32,000 nt of DNA from NCBI RefSeq assembly GCF_020885515.1, contig NZ_AP024987.1:450001-482000 (forward strand), read 5' to 3'. Each line of letters starts with the position of its first letter. Within the stretch, counting starts at the first letter, position 1. Below, one piece after another: positions 18,341 to 27,246 of this stretch. The stretch comes from a cyanobacterium endosymbiont of Braarudosphaera bigelowii (GTDB lineage Bacteria > Cyanobacteriota > Cyanobacteriia > Cyanobacteriales > Microcystaceae). The notes beneath the pieces were generated by a model. That model ran no database searches, was not told the origin of the DNA, and was given only the letters and a program-made list of their open reading frames with translations. Position numbers and translations under genes: made by a program.

Positions 18341-20077
18341 TCAATTACAAATGTATCTCTCATATCGATATCCATCAATATGAGGATACTTTTTTTTGTC
18401 AAAATCGCAATTCTTAAGCTTAATAGAATCATTAAAATTAACGGTCCAAACTTCTAAGGGATCCTTAATATTTTCAACAATCGTTTGTAAAGTTTTAGTT
18501 TCTTGAGAGGAATATTTTTTATCTTCGTTCACTAATAAAAAAGAAGTATTTGTTAATTTCTGACTATTCCGTAATTCTAATCCTATCCCCATCATCTCTC
18601 CTATTTGAACTAAACTTTTATGAGTAGTAACAATTACAGCATGATGAGATACTGTATTTTCAAAAATATTAACGAATTGTTCAGGTCTATAATATTTTTG
18701 ATATCCTAAATTTACCAATACTGTTATTGAACCTAATAAACCCATAATCCATATGATGTAAAAACCTATTTTTCTGTTTAATAAGAAAAAGGGATCGGTC
18801 TTCAAGAATTGATGTTGTATGTTATCCTGCCAAGGAATTGCCAAAATTCCTCCCAAGAGTGCTATTACAGCTGGAAAATAAGTAAAACTATAACGTGCGC
18901 CACGAGTTAAATCTAATTTAGCTAGGTAAGTAATAATTAGAAAAAGACTGATAACTATAGAAATAAAAAATATAAATATAATGAAAGGTAAACGAAATTG
19001 TTTATTTTTTAAACCTACTTTTACTTCTCGCAAGATATACGGTACTAAGTAGATGAAAAACAACAATAAAATTAACCCAGACAAAATTACGATAGGAATA
19101 GAAGAAGATTCCACTGGTAAAAGTGAAATCATTGGAATCCAAACAGCTAATAATTGAAAAGGAGGACTAATAAAATATAGGATATTGTTTATTGGGTGAA
19201 TCCAACTAATCATATCATTACCATAACCTTTAGGTATTATGGTTAGTAACCATATCAAACCTGTGCAGGAAGTTCCTATAATTATTAAAAAAATACGATA
19301 ATAATTTATTTTTTGTAAAATTAATGATTTTCTTTGTGATTGACTACGAGCTAAAAATACTAAAGTTATAATTTCTGATATTAAGGTTAAACAAAAGAAG
19401 TAATGAATAGATAATCCGATACTATTAACTAACGACCAAACTAAAACTAACCAATAAGGAACAATCAAATCTTCTCTAATTCTTTTAATAGCAATAATTA
19501 AACACAGTAAAGATGCTATAACAAATAAAATTGCGAATGTATAATGTCGTGCTTCTTGTGCAAGATAAATACCATATGGGGATACTGCCATTAATGCTGC
19601 ACTAATTTGTCCAGCTAAACGAGATCGAAAACTAATAGAACTTAAAATGTAGATTCCAGGGATAGAGAGAATACCCAAAAAAGCGGGAAGTGTTCTCATT
19701 ATTCCAATATCAATATTTCTTACAATTCCTAAATAGGATAGTAAATTTATCCATAAATGATTAAGAATAAAGTACAAGGGAGGATGATTATCCTCTTCTA
19801 ACAATAGAGATATAATATTACTAATACTTACGTTCGTATTGAACTGTAATGGTTGCAAAAGTGTATCTAATGAAATAAGCTGATTCAGAGGTATTGTACG
19901 AAAATCATTTCCCAAACTAAAAACCATAGTGGCAAATTCATCAGTCCATGGCGACTTAGCACTTAAATTAGTAAATCGAAGAATACTACCAATTACTATC
20001 CAAAAAACTAATAAAATCCAATTATTTACATAAAATAATTGATTAATCCATTGCCTATATAATCTAACTTTTAGCAC
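18341..20077 (-). CDS. polytopic GT39/ArnT-like (GT-C fold) glycosyltransferase; GTG start
   Basis: 578 aa with more than 10 hydrophobic helices. The first-loop motif PWTDEFAT is comparable to the DE motif of PMT/ArnT-type enzymes, and there is a soluble C-terminal domain. The start codon is GTG at 20075-20077. Confidence 0.6.
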   Translation of the reverse strand: MLKVRLYRQWINQLFYVNNWILLVFWIVIGSILRFTNLSAKSPWTDEFATMVFSLGNDFRTIPLNQLISLDTLLQPLQFNTNVSISNIISLLLEEDNHPPLYFILNHLWINLLSYLGIVRNIDIGIMRTLPAFLGILSIPGIYILSSISFRSRLAGQISAALMAVSPYGIYLAQEARHYTFAILFVIASLLCLIIAIKRIREDLIVPYWLVLVWSLVNSIGLSIHYFFCLTLISEIITLVFLARSQSQRKSLILQKINYYRIFLIIIGTSCTGLIWLLTIIPKGYGNDMISWIHPINNILYFISPPFQLLAVWIPMISLLPVESSSIPIVILSGLILLLFFIYLVPYILREVKVGLKNKQFRLPFIIFIFFISIVISLFLIITYLAKLDLTRGARYSFTYFPAVIALLGGILAIPWQDNIQHQFLKTDPFFLLNRKIGFYIIWIMGLLGSITVLVNLGYQKYYRPEQFVNIFENTVSHHAVIVTTHKSLVQIGEMMGIGLELRNSQKLTNTSFLLVNEDKKYSSQETKTLQTIVENIKDPLEVWTVNFNDSIKLKNCDFDKKKYPHIDGYRYERYICN

Positions 20078-20126
20078 TGAGATTCCTCTTTATCAAACTA
20101 TACATAAAATAACCTAAATTTAAAAT

Positions 20127-21941
20127 ATGCACCTAATAGATTGGATTGTTGTTTTAATTTATTTTTTTGTTACTACTATCTTAGGGTTATTTGTATCTTA
20201 TAAAAAAAAAATACCTGCCAAAAATCTAGAGGACAATACTTACTTTGTTAGTGATTTACTTGCGGGACGAAATTTATCTTGGTGGTTAGCAGGAACAAGT
20301 ATGGCTGCAACAACATTTTCCATTGATACTCCTTTATATATATGTGGTATAGTTGCAAGCCGTGGAATTGTTGGAAATTGGGAGTGGTGGAGCTTTGGAA
20401 TCTCTAACATTTTTTTAATATATGTCTTTGCTGGTATGTGGAGAAGATCAGGGCTGTTGACAGATGCTGAAATTACTGAGCTTAGATACGGTGGAAGAAA
20501 TGCGGCTATTCTAAGGGCTACCAAAGCATTCTTGTTCGCTATACCAATTAATTGCATTGGTATAGGGTATGCCATGTTAGCTATGATAAAAATGGTTAAT
20601 GCTTTAGAATTATGGCAAAGCTTGGGTTTCAACCCTGGTGAGGGAGTTAAACTTTGGACAATAATATCCTTAAATTTTTTTGTTTTAATTTATACAGGAA
20701 TATCAGGACTTTGGGGCGTAGTAATAACAGATTTTTTTCAATTTTTTTTAGGATTAGTTGGATCAATAATACTATCTATTGTTACTGTCTATGATGCAGG
20801 GGGAATAGGTAAATTAGTGGTAGATGTTCAAAATGTAACTGATTTTGATGTGTTATCTTTTATTCCCATTATTTATGATGGAAACTTTAGTTTTACCTGG
20901 AATGACGCAGCAGGAATAACAGCTACCACATTTTCTACTTATCTGTTTGTACAGTGGTGGTCATTTAGACGTAGTGATGGAGGAGGAGAATTTGTTCAGA
21001 GACTACTCTCAGTAAAAGGAGATACAGAAACTAAAGCGAAGTACGAAGCAGAAAAAGCAACTTGGCTTTTTAATATTCTTAATTATGTTGTTAGAACCTG
21101 GCCATGGATAGTTACAGCACTGGCTTCTATCGTTTTATTACCTAATTTAGAGGATCCTGAATTAGCGTATCCTACACTGATGATAACTTATTTACCTCCT
21201 ATAGCTCTTGGCTTAGTTGTTTCATCTTTAATTGCTGCATTTATGAGTACAATTTCTACTTCAATTAATTGGGGAGCTTCTTATTTAAGCAATGATTTAT
21301 ATAAACGCTTTTTTCGTCCTGAGGCTTCTGACCATGAATTAACCGTCGTTGTTAAAGTAGCTTCAGTTGTAGTGATAATTTTAGGATCTATTACTGCTTT
21401 TTATGCAAATGATATCCGTACAATATTTCGTATAGTACTTGCTATTGGAACTGGTCCTGGGTTAGTTCTCATTCTAAGATGGTACTGGTTTCGTATTAAT
21501 GCTGCAGCTGAGTTGTCAGCAATGATTGCAGGATTTATCTTGGGATTAATATCAACTTTTAATCCAACTTTTAATGTGATCTTTTCTGATTTCGGTTCGA
21601 AACTATTGGGAATTTCAATTATTACTGGAGTAATATGGATTACTACAATGTTTTTAACTCCTCCTGAAAAAGAAGAAACATTAATTAATTTCTATAGGCA
21701 TATACGACCAGGAGGACGAGGTTGGTATTTTCAACAGCAGCAGACTGGATTAAAACCAGCTCAAGATTTAAGGATGGACTTACTAAAAGTATTAGCAGCT
21801 CTTCTGATACTTTTTGGTAGTATGTTCGCTATTGGAGGCTTTTTGCTTCTACAGCCAATAACTGGATTTATTTCATTAATGTTTGCAGTTTTTGGAGGAA
21901 TTTTATTGAAAAATCTTGAGAAAAAAGAAATAAGTTTTTAG
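20127..21941 (+). CDS. sodium:solute symporter (SSF) family transporter
   Basis: 604 aa and polytopic. GRNLSWWLAGTSMAATTFSIDTPL resembles the SSF N-terminal signature. Substrate not inferable. Confidence 0.7.
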   Translation: MHLIDWIVVLIYFFVTTILGLFVSYKKKIPAKNLEDNTYFVSDLLAGRNLSWWLAGTSMAATTFSIDTPLYICGIVASRGIVGNWEWWSFGISNIFLIYVFAGMWRRSGLLTDAEITELRYGGRNAAILRATKAFLFAIPINCIGIGYAMLAMIKMVNALELWQSLGFNPGEGVKLWTIISLNFFVLIYTGISGLWGVVITDFFQFFLGLVGSIILSIVTVYDAGGIGKLVVDVQNVTDFDVLSFIPIIYDGNFSFTWNDAAGITATTFSTYLFVQWWSFRRSDGGGEFVQRLLSVKGDTETKAKYEAEKATWLFNILNYVVRTWPWIVTALASIVLLPNLEDPELAYPTLMITYLPPIALGLVVSSLIAAFMSTISTSINWGASYLSNDLYKRFFRPEASDHELTVVVKVASVVVIILGSITAFYANDIRTIFRIVLAIGTGPGLVLILRWYWFRINAAAELSAMIAGFILGLISTFNPTFNVIFSDFGSKLLGISIITGVIWITTMFLTPPEKEETLINFYRHIRPGGRGWYFQQQQTGLKPAQDLRMDLLKVLAALLILFGSMFAIGGFLLLQPITGFISLMFAVFGGILLKNLEKKEISF

Positions 21942-22010
21942 ACGCAGCTTCTGTTAACACATTAAATGTATGAATCTAATTGTTGATAAATCTATTGTAA
22001 TAGAGTTAAT

Positions 22011-22086
22011 TGAGAACTTAAAGAAGAAGGAAAGACTTTTGCAAATTTATACTTGCAAAAGTCTTTCCTTCTTCTTTAAGTTCTCA
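22011..22086. terminator. Perfect 34-bp inverted repeat with 8-nt loop between convergent genes; putative bidirectional terminator (alternatively a MITE-like element)
   Basis: 22011-22044 is the exact reverse complement of 22053-22086. The rpmA stop codon (TCA on plus, 22084-22086) is the end of the right arm. GTTAAT flanks both sides. Confidence 0.65.
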
Positions 22087-22344
22087 GTTAATTATTGGAT
22101 ATACACTTACCTTTTTACGGCTTTTTGTTTTATGCTCAAAGGTTACTATTCCATTGACTAAAGCAAATAGGGTATCGTCTTTACCTATTCCTACATTGTT
22201 GCCTGGATGAACTTTTGTTCCTCTTTGACGAATTAAAATGTTTCCTGCTTTAACTACTTGTCCACCAAAGCGTTTAACTCCAAGTCTTTGGGAGTGGGAG
22301 TCACGCCCATTTCGAGTACTACCTGTTCCTTTTTTATGCGCCAT
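22084..22344 (-). CDS. rpmA: 50S ribosomal protein L27
   Basis: 86 aa. [29 protein letters not shown]...[14 protein letters not shown] is canonical L27. Confidence 0.95.
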   Translation of the reverse strand: MAHKKGTGSTRNGRDSHSQRLGVKRFGGQVVKAGNILIRQRGTKVHPGNNVGIGKDDTLFALVNGIVTFEHKTKSRKKVSVYPIIN

Positions 22345-22399
22345 AATGTTTTTCTAGTTATTTTCTATGGTTTTATAAAAATAATTTGTCTCTATAGAC

Positions 22400-22780
22400 T
22401 TATTCTTCTTTTGTTATATCTTCTCCAATAGAAGTATCTGGAGAGCTTGTACAAATAACTGAACCATTGAGACTAATAGAATTAATCATTAAACGGCTAA
22501 GCTCTTGACGATGTCCTCTTTTCTTGCGCGTTTTCTTCTTAGGACGCATTTTGTAGACAATAACTTTTTGTCCTCGGCGCTCTCTAAGTACAGTTCCCTC
22601 TACTGTAGCTCCCTCGATAAAAGGGTGACCAACAGTTATATTATCATCATCACTAATCAGTAGTACTTTTTCAATTACGTAAGAGTTATTACTGTCAGTA
22701 GTAAGACGGTTCATATCATAGAAACGACCAGGCTCGACACGAAATTGCGCTCCTCCAGCCTCAACGATTGCATAATTCAT
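22400..22780 (-). CDS. rplU: 50S ribosomal protein L21 (with C-terminal extension)
   Basis: 126 aa. MNYAIVEAGGAQFRVEPG...KVIVYKMRPKKKTRKKRGHRQ. Directly upstream of rpmA, as in the conserved rplU-rpmA operon. Confidence 0.93.
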   Translation of the reverse strand: MNYAIVEAGGAQFRVEPGRFYDMNRLTTDSNNSYVIEKVLLISDDDNITVGHPFIEGATVEGTVLRERRGQKVIVYKMRPKKKTRKKRGHRQELSRLMINSISLNGSVICTSSPDTSIGEDITKEE

Positions 22781-23052
22781 AACTTTGTCCTTGATATTAA
22801 TTGCCGTACAGGTAGAATAACAACGAATATTCTTATTCTTTTGCTTATACTGTAACCTGATCCGAGCAGGATTTCGTTGAAACCCTATATTATCATACTA
22901 TTATTATATTTTATGTCAAACAATTCCTTTATCATGGTTAATATTTAATCATGCAAATAGTAGTTTTCTAAAAAACAAAATTACTTAGTAAAAATAATTC
23001 CAATAATCTGTTAGGGTGTACTTTAAACAAATTAATTTTTTATTGCAACAAT

Positions 23053-23403
23053 ATGTCCCAGAATCAATCTATCTCAACGATTACAGTAAAAGAGCTTGCT
23101 GAATATCTTGTAAAAGACAGTTCTGAATTACAGTTAATAGATGTAAGAGAACCAGAAGAAGTAAAGATAGCTAGCATTAAAGGTTTTAAAATATTTTCCT
23201 TAAGTCAGTTTCATGAATGGTCTAAAACAATTATCTATGACTTAGATTTTAACAAAGAAACATTAGTTCTTTGTCATCATGGAGTAAGGTCTTCTCAAAT
23301 GTGTTTTTGGTTACTTCAAACTGGGTTTCTTAATGTTAAAAACATACAAGGAGGAATTGCTGCTTACTCTTCAATAATTGACAATAGTATTCCTCAATAT
23401 TAA
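23053..23403 (+). CDS. single-domain rhodanese-like sulfurtransferase
   Basis: 116 aa. LIDVREPEE and the active-site loop CHHGVRS, with GGIAAYS at the end. Confidence 0.85.
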   Translation: MSQNQSISTITVKELAEYLVKDSSELQLIDVREPEEVKIASIKGFKIFSLSQFHEWSKTIIYDLDFNKETLVLCHHGVRSSQMCFWLLQTGFLNVKNIQGGIAAYSSIIDNSIPQY

Positions 23404-23455
23404 GTGAGAGAAAAGTAGTTATTTCGTAAAAGTTACATCTAAAGACTACATTGTT

Positions 23456-24532
23456 ATGACTATTCCTTTTTTTTTAAATCAAAGATATCAAAAAATTTTA
23501 CGAGCGGCAGTTCAACATTATATTGCCACGGCGGAACCCGTTGGATCTAATACTTTGGTTAGAGAATACAATTTAAGTATTAGTTCAGCGACCATTCGCA
23601 ATACATTAGGAAAACTAGAAAAGGCAGGATTTTTGTATCAACCCCATACTTCTGCTGGTAGAATACCATCTGACTTTGGTTATCGAATATATGTAGATAA
23701 CTTAATGATTCCGGATCATAATTGTACAAAGAATATTAAACGCAAGTTAAATCAACAATTAGATTCAAAAGTTTATGACTGCAACGAAACTTTTTTACAA
23801 AAAGTAGCTCAGATATTGGCAAACTTGAGCGGCTATATAGCTCTCATTACTCTTCCGCAAATATTACCCAATGAATTACATCACTTACAGTTAATACAAA
23901 TATCTCCTAAACAAATAATGTTTGTTGTTGTAACTAATGATTATAAAACTCAATCTATCTTAGTAGATATTCCATCTATTTTAATTCATGATAATAAAGA
24001 TCGATTAGATAAAAAATTACAGATTTTCTCTAATTTCTTAAATAGTAATTTAAAAGGAAAATCTATATTAGACATTCCCAACTCAACTTGGCAAAAAATA
24101 GATCAAGACTTTATTGATTACTCTGATTTTTTAAAAGGACTTCTTAAACAGTTAAAAAATAATCTTCAATTATCTATTTCTACTCAAATAATAATTCATG
24201 GTGTTTCAGAAATTTTGAGACAACCTGAGTTTTCTCAAATGAAGCAGGTAAAAATGCTAATTCGTTTATTAGAAGAAGAACAAGATAAATTACAATCTTT
24301 AATCTTAGATTTTCCTGAGAGTAAAATATCAAATAAACAAGTAAATATTAGGATTGGAAATGAAAATCCGCTAAAATCTATGCATCTTTATAGTTTAATT
24401 TATTCAACTTACTGTCAACATAATGTTCCGGTTGGAAGTGTTGGTATTATTGGCCCAACGCGAATGCTATATGACAATACTATTCCTCTTGTAGAATCAA
24501 CAGCAGATTATTTATCCAAAATGTTTAGTTGA
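23456..24532 (+). CDS. hrcA: heat-inducible transcription repressor HrcA
   Basis: 358 aa. N-terminal winged-helix region ILRAAVQHYIATAEPVGSNTLV...SSATIRNTLGKLEKAGFLYQPHTSAGRIPS and C-terminal GSVGIIGPTRM. Confidence 0.9.
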   Translation: MTIPFFLNQRYQKILRAAVQHYIATAEPVGSNTLVREYNLSISSATIRNTLGKLEKAGFLYQPHTSAGRIPSDFGYRIYVDNLMIPDHNCTKNIKRKLNQQLDSKVYDCNETFLQKVAQILANLSGYIALITLPQILPNELHHLQLIQISPKQIMFVVVTNDYKTQSILVDIPSILIHDNKDRLDKKLQIFSNFLNSNLKGKSILDIPNSTWQKIDQDFIDYSDFLKGLLKQLKNNLQLSISTQIIIHGVSEILRQPEFSQMKQVKMLIRLLEEEQDKLQSLILDFPESKISNKQVNIRIGNENPLKSMHLYSLIYSTYCQHNVPVGSVGIIGPTRMLYDNTIPLVESTADYLSKMFS

Positions 24533-24980
24533 TTACTACATTCTGTATAAGTAAGATGCTTGAGTTACCTTTAATATTTTATACAGCTTGAAACGTACTT
24601 ATAAGTTTTTCTGATTTAAAATTTTTTAGTATTTGATTCTAGGTAATTATAGTTAGAATTATACTTATCATTTAAAAGCTAATAAATATTAACCTTTAAA
24701 TGGTATAGAAAATATACTGTACATGATTAAAGAAGTATAATTTTTAATAGAATATATTGTCATATAAAGGTTCAATACTTTCACAAAATAAGTCAAATAC
24801 TAAATATATACTAGATACTGATATCAAGCCTTATTTATAGAAAATATACGATTTTTAATAAAATATTACACTTCTTATTCTACTTTTCAGGTAATTTTTT
24901 TGGAGTATATTCTAGATTTATATAAAAAAATTTAGCATAAAATATTAGCGAATAAATAAAAATACATTCCCAATTTTTAC

Positions 24981-25010
24981 TTGTCATCCTTTTCAGTAAA
25001 CTGCTATATT
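24981..25010 (+). promoter_or_regulatory. Candidate promoter TTGTCA-N18-TATATT upstream of the TRAP permease genes
   Basis: TTGTCA at 24981-24986 and TATATT at 25005-25010. This would give a very short (~13 nt) leader before the TTG start at 25031. Confidence 0.4.
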
Positions 25011-25030
25011 AAAATGCTTATAAATCTAAG

Positions 25031-25597
25031 TTGAGGTTATCCTTGCAAAAATTACTTAACATCGCTAAGGTTATAGATGCTATTAATGAATGGATAGGCA
25101 GATTTGCTTATTGGATAATCTTATTAATGATCTTTATAGGTGTTTGGAATGTTGTAGGGAGATATGTAGGAAGATTTCTTGGATATAGTTTAACTTCCAA
25201 TGCACTTATTGAAATACAATGGTACTTATTTGATATTGTCTTTTTCCTAGGAGCAGCATATACTCTTAAACACAATGGACATGTTAGGGTGGATGTCTTT
25301 TACAAAGATTTGTCATTGAAGCAAAAAGCGTTAGTAGATTTTGTAGGTACTTTCATTTTTTTAATTCCGTTTTGTTTAGTAATAATTTATTATTCTTGGG
25401 ATAACATTATAAATTCCTGGAAATCTTTAGAAATATCTCCGGATCCTGGGGGCTTAGCTCGTTATCCTATCAAATCAATGATAATTGTTAGTAGCGTATC
25501 ACTGATTTTCCAAGGAATATCTGAAGCTATAAAAAGTTTAAGTAAATTTAAAAAGCAATTAAACTCTCAGGAGGAAAACCATGATCCAAACATATGA
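25031..25597 (+). CDS. TRAP transporter small permease subunit (DctQ-like); TTG start
   Basis: 188 aa with four hydrophobic helices. N-terminus IDAINEWIGRFAYWIILLMIFIGVWNVVGRY is typical of DctQ. The first in-frame start after the stop at 25010-25012 is TTG. The 3' end overlaps the next gene by 17 nt. Confidence 0.7.
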   Translation: MRLSLQKLLNIAKVIDAINEWIGRFAYWIILLMIFIGVWNVVGRYVGRFLGYSLTSNALIEIQWYLFDIVFFLGAAYTLKHNGHVRVDVFYKDLSLKQKALVDFVGTFIFLIPFCLVIIYYSWDNIINSWKSLEISPDPGGLARYPIKSMIIVSSVSLIFQGISEAIKSLSKFKKQLNSQEENHDPNI

Positions 25598-26927
25598 CGG
25601 ATTAGGTCCACTCATGTTTGCTGTAGCACTAGTTCTGTTATCGTTGGGATATCCAGTTGCTTTTTCTTTAGGTGGGGTATCAATAATTTTCGCTTGTATT
25701 GGGGTATCTTTAGATATTTTTAATCCAGTCTTTTTAAGTGCATTGCCAAGTAGAATCTTTGGCATTATGGGGAACTATACATTGCTAGCTATTCCATATT
25801 TTATTTTTTTAGGTTCAATGCTTGAAAAGACAGGCATTGCCGAAAAATTATTATTAACTATGGGGATATTATTTGGTAAATTGCGTGGAGGATTAGCATT
25901 AGCAGTTGTTATAGTAGGAGCACTATTAGCAGCAACTACTGGAGTAGTTGCTGCTACCGTAGTTGCTATGGGATTAATTTCTCTCCCAATTATGTTGCGC
26001 TATGGATATAATAAACAACTTGCAGCAGGAGTAATAGTAGCTTCAGGAACGTTAGGTCAGTTAATTCCGCCTAGTATAGTTTTAGTTGTATTAGCTGACC
26101 AATTAAGTATTCCTGTTGGAAATTTATTTATTGGTTCAGTTGTTCCAGGATTAATGATGGCGAGCGTCTTTGCTCTACACGTTATTATAATTGCTATTAT
26201 ACGTCCTGATATTGCACCTGCAATTCCTAAAGAAGAAAGAAGCATTGGTATAAAAGCATTAGCCAAACAAGTCGTACAAGCTATGCTTCCGCCTTTGCTG
26301 CTCATTTTTTTAGTTATGGGGGGTATCTTCTTCGGTTTTGCTACTCCAACAGAAGCGGGGGCTGTAGGCGCTTTGGGGACTATTATCTTAGCTGCTTTTA
26401 ATGGACAGCTAAATTGGATAACCCTCAGGCAAGTCTGTGATACTACGTTACGTATCAGCACTATGGTGATCTTTATACTTTTTGGATCAACTGCCTTTAG
26501 CCTCATCTTCCGGGGAGTGCATGGAGATCAGTTTATGTTAAATATATTAACAACACTCCCAGGAGGAAAATATAGCTTCTTAATTGTCAGCATGTTGACA
26601 GTTTTCATCTTAGGATTTTTTATTGATTTTTTTGAAATAGCTTTTATAGTTATTCCTATTTTTAAACCTGTTGCTGAGACTTTAGGTATAGATTTACTTT
26701 GGTATGGGGTTATTCTTGCAGCAAATTTACAAACTTCTTTTTTGACGCCCCCTTTCGGATTCGCTCTTTTTTATTTGAGAGGAGTAGCTCCCCCAGAATT
26801 AAAAACAGAAGAAATTTATTATGGTGTTATTCCCTTCATTCTACTTCAACTGTTAGTACTAATCTTGATAGTTATCTTTCCTGCTTTTGTAAATTTTCTA
26901 CCTTCATTAAGTACTCACATTAGGTAG
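25581..26927 (+). CDS. TRAP transporter large permease subunit (DctM-like)
   Basis: 448 aa and polytopic. GYPVAFSLG, AIPYFIFLGSMLEKTGIAEKL, GTLGQLIPPS and TPPFGFALFYL resemble DctM family blocks. Confidence 0.88.
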   Translation: MIQTYDGLGPLMFAVALVLLSLGYPVAFSLGGVSIIFACIGVSLDIFNPVFLSALPSRIFGIMGNYTLLAIPYFIFLGSMLEKTGIAEKLLLTMGILFGKLRGGLALAVVIVGALLAATTGVVAATVVAMGLISLPIMLRYGYNKQLAAGVIVASGTLGQLIPPSIVLVVLADQLSIPVGNLFIGSVVPGLMMASVFALHVIIIAIIRPDIAPAIPKEERSIGIKALAKQVVQAMLPPLLLIFLVMGGIFFGFATPTEAGAVGALGTIILAAFNGQLNWITLRQVCDTTLRISTMVIFILFGSTAFSLIFRGVHGDQFMLNILTTLPGGKYSFLIVSMLTVFILGFFIDFFEIAFIVIPIFKPVAETLGIDLLWYGVILAANLQTSFLTPPFGFALFYLRGVAPPELKTEEIYYGVIPFILLQLLVLILIVIFPAFVNFLPSLSTHIR

Positions 26928-27246
26928 TTTTATATTTAAAATTATAAGTTGAGTATTAACTTTTAATTCAATTATTTATCACAAATGTTTGAATTAGACC
27001 TTATAAAAAAATTTGATAGAACTATAGAATGATTATTAATTTGCTTGCTGTAGAAATGTATCATAAAAGAGTCTATTAAACTATTATTTAGAGTAAAATT
27101 AAATAATTAATACAAATTAAAAATATCTTTATTAAAATCATAGATATTTATATCTAATTCTCCAATAATTTTTTTAGTAAGTAATTACTATTTCGACATA
27201 TTACCTATTAAAAAAAATTTAGTATCAAATTCTCTAATATTTAATT

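Noticed and set aside
20071-20078. TTAGCACT, identical to the left half-site of the CIRCE operator recognised by HrcA (which is encoded in this window)
   Set aside because: No inverted partner (GAGTGCTAA) follows after 9 nt. The match overlaps the GTG start region of the glycosyltransferase gene and is most likely coincidental.
20240-20632. 130-aa ORF on the minus strand
   Set aside because: Fully embedded antisense in the sodium:solute symporter CDS, with no recognisable domain.
21970-22161. 63-aa ORF on the plus strand
   Set aside because: It reads straight through both arms of the 34-bp palindrome and then runs antisense into rpmA. It is an artefact of the inverted repeat.
24703-24717. 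GTA-N9-TAC palindromic motif resembling an NtcA box in the spacer upstream of the TRAP genes
   Set aside because: The NtcA consensus is GTA-N8-TAC, so the spacing is wrong. The site is also about 300 nt from the nearest start codon.
25559-26923. Three ORFs (25559-25765 minus, 26057-26506 minus, 26699-26923 plus) overlapping the TRAP permease genes
   Set aside because: All are antisense or out of frame within the confidently assigned dctQ/dctM CDSs and have no recognisable motifs.
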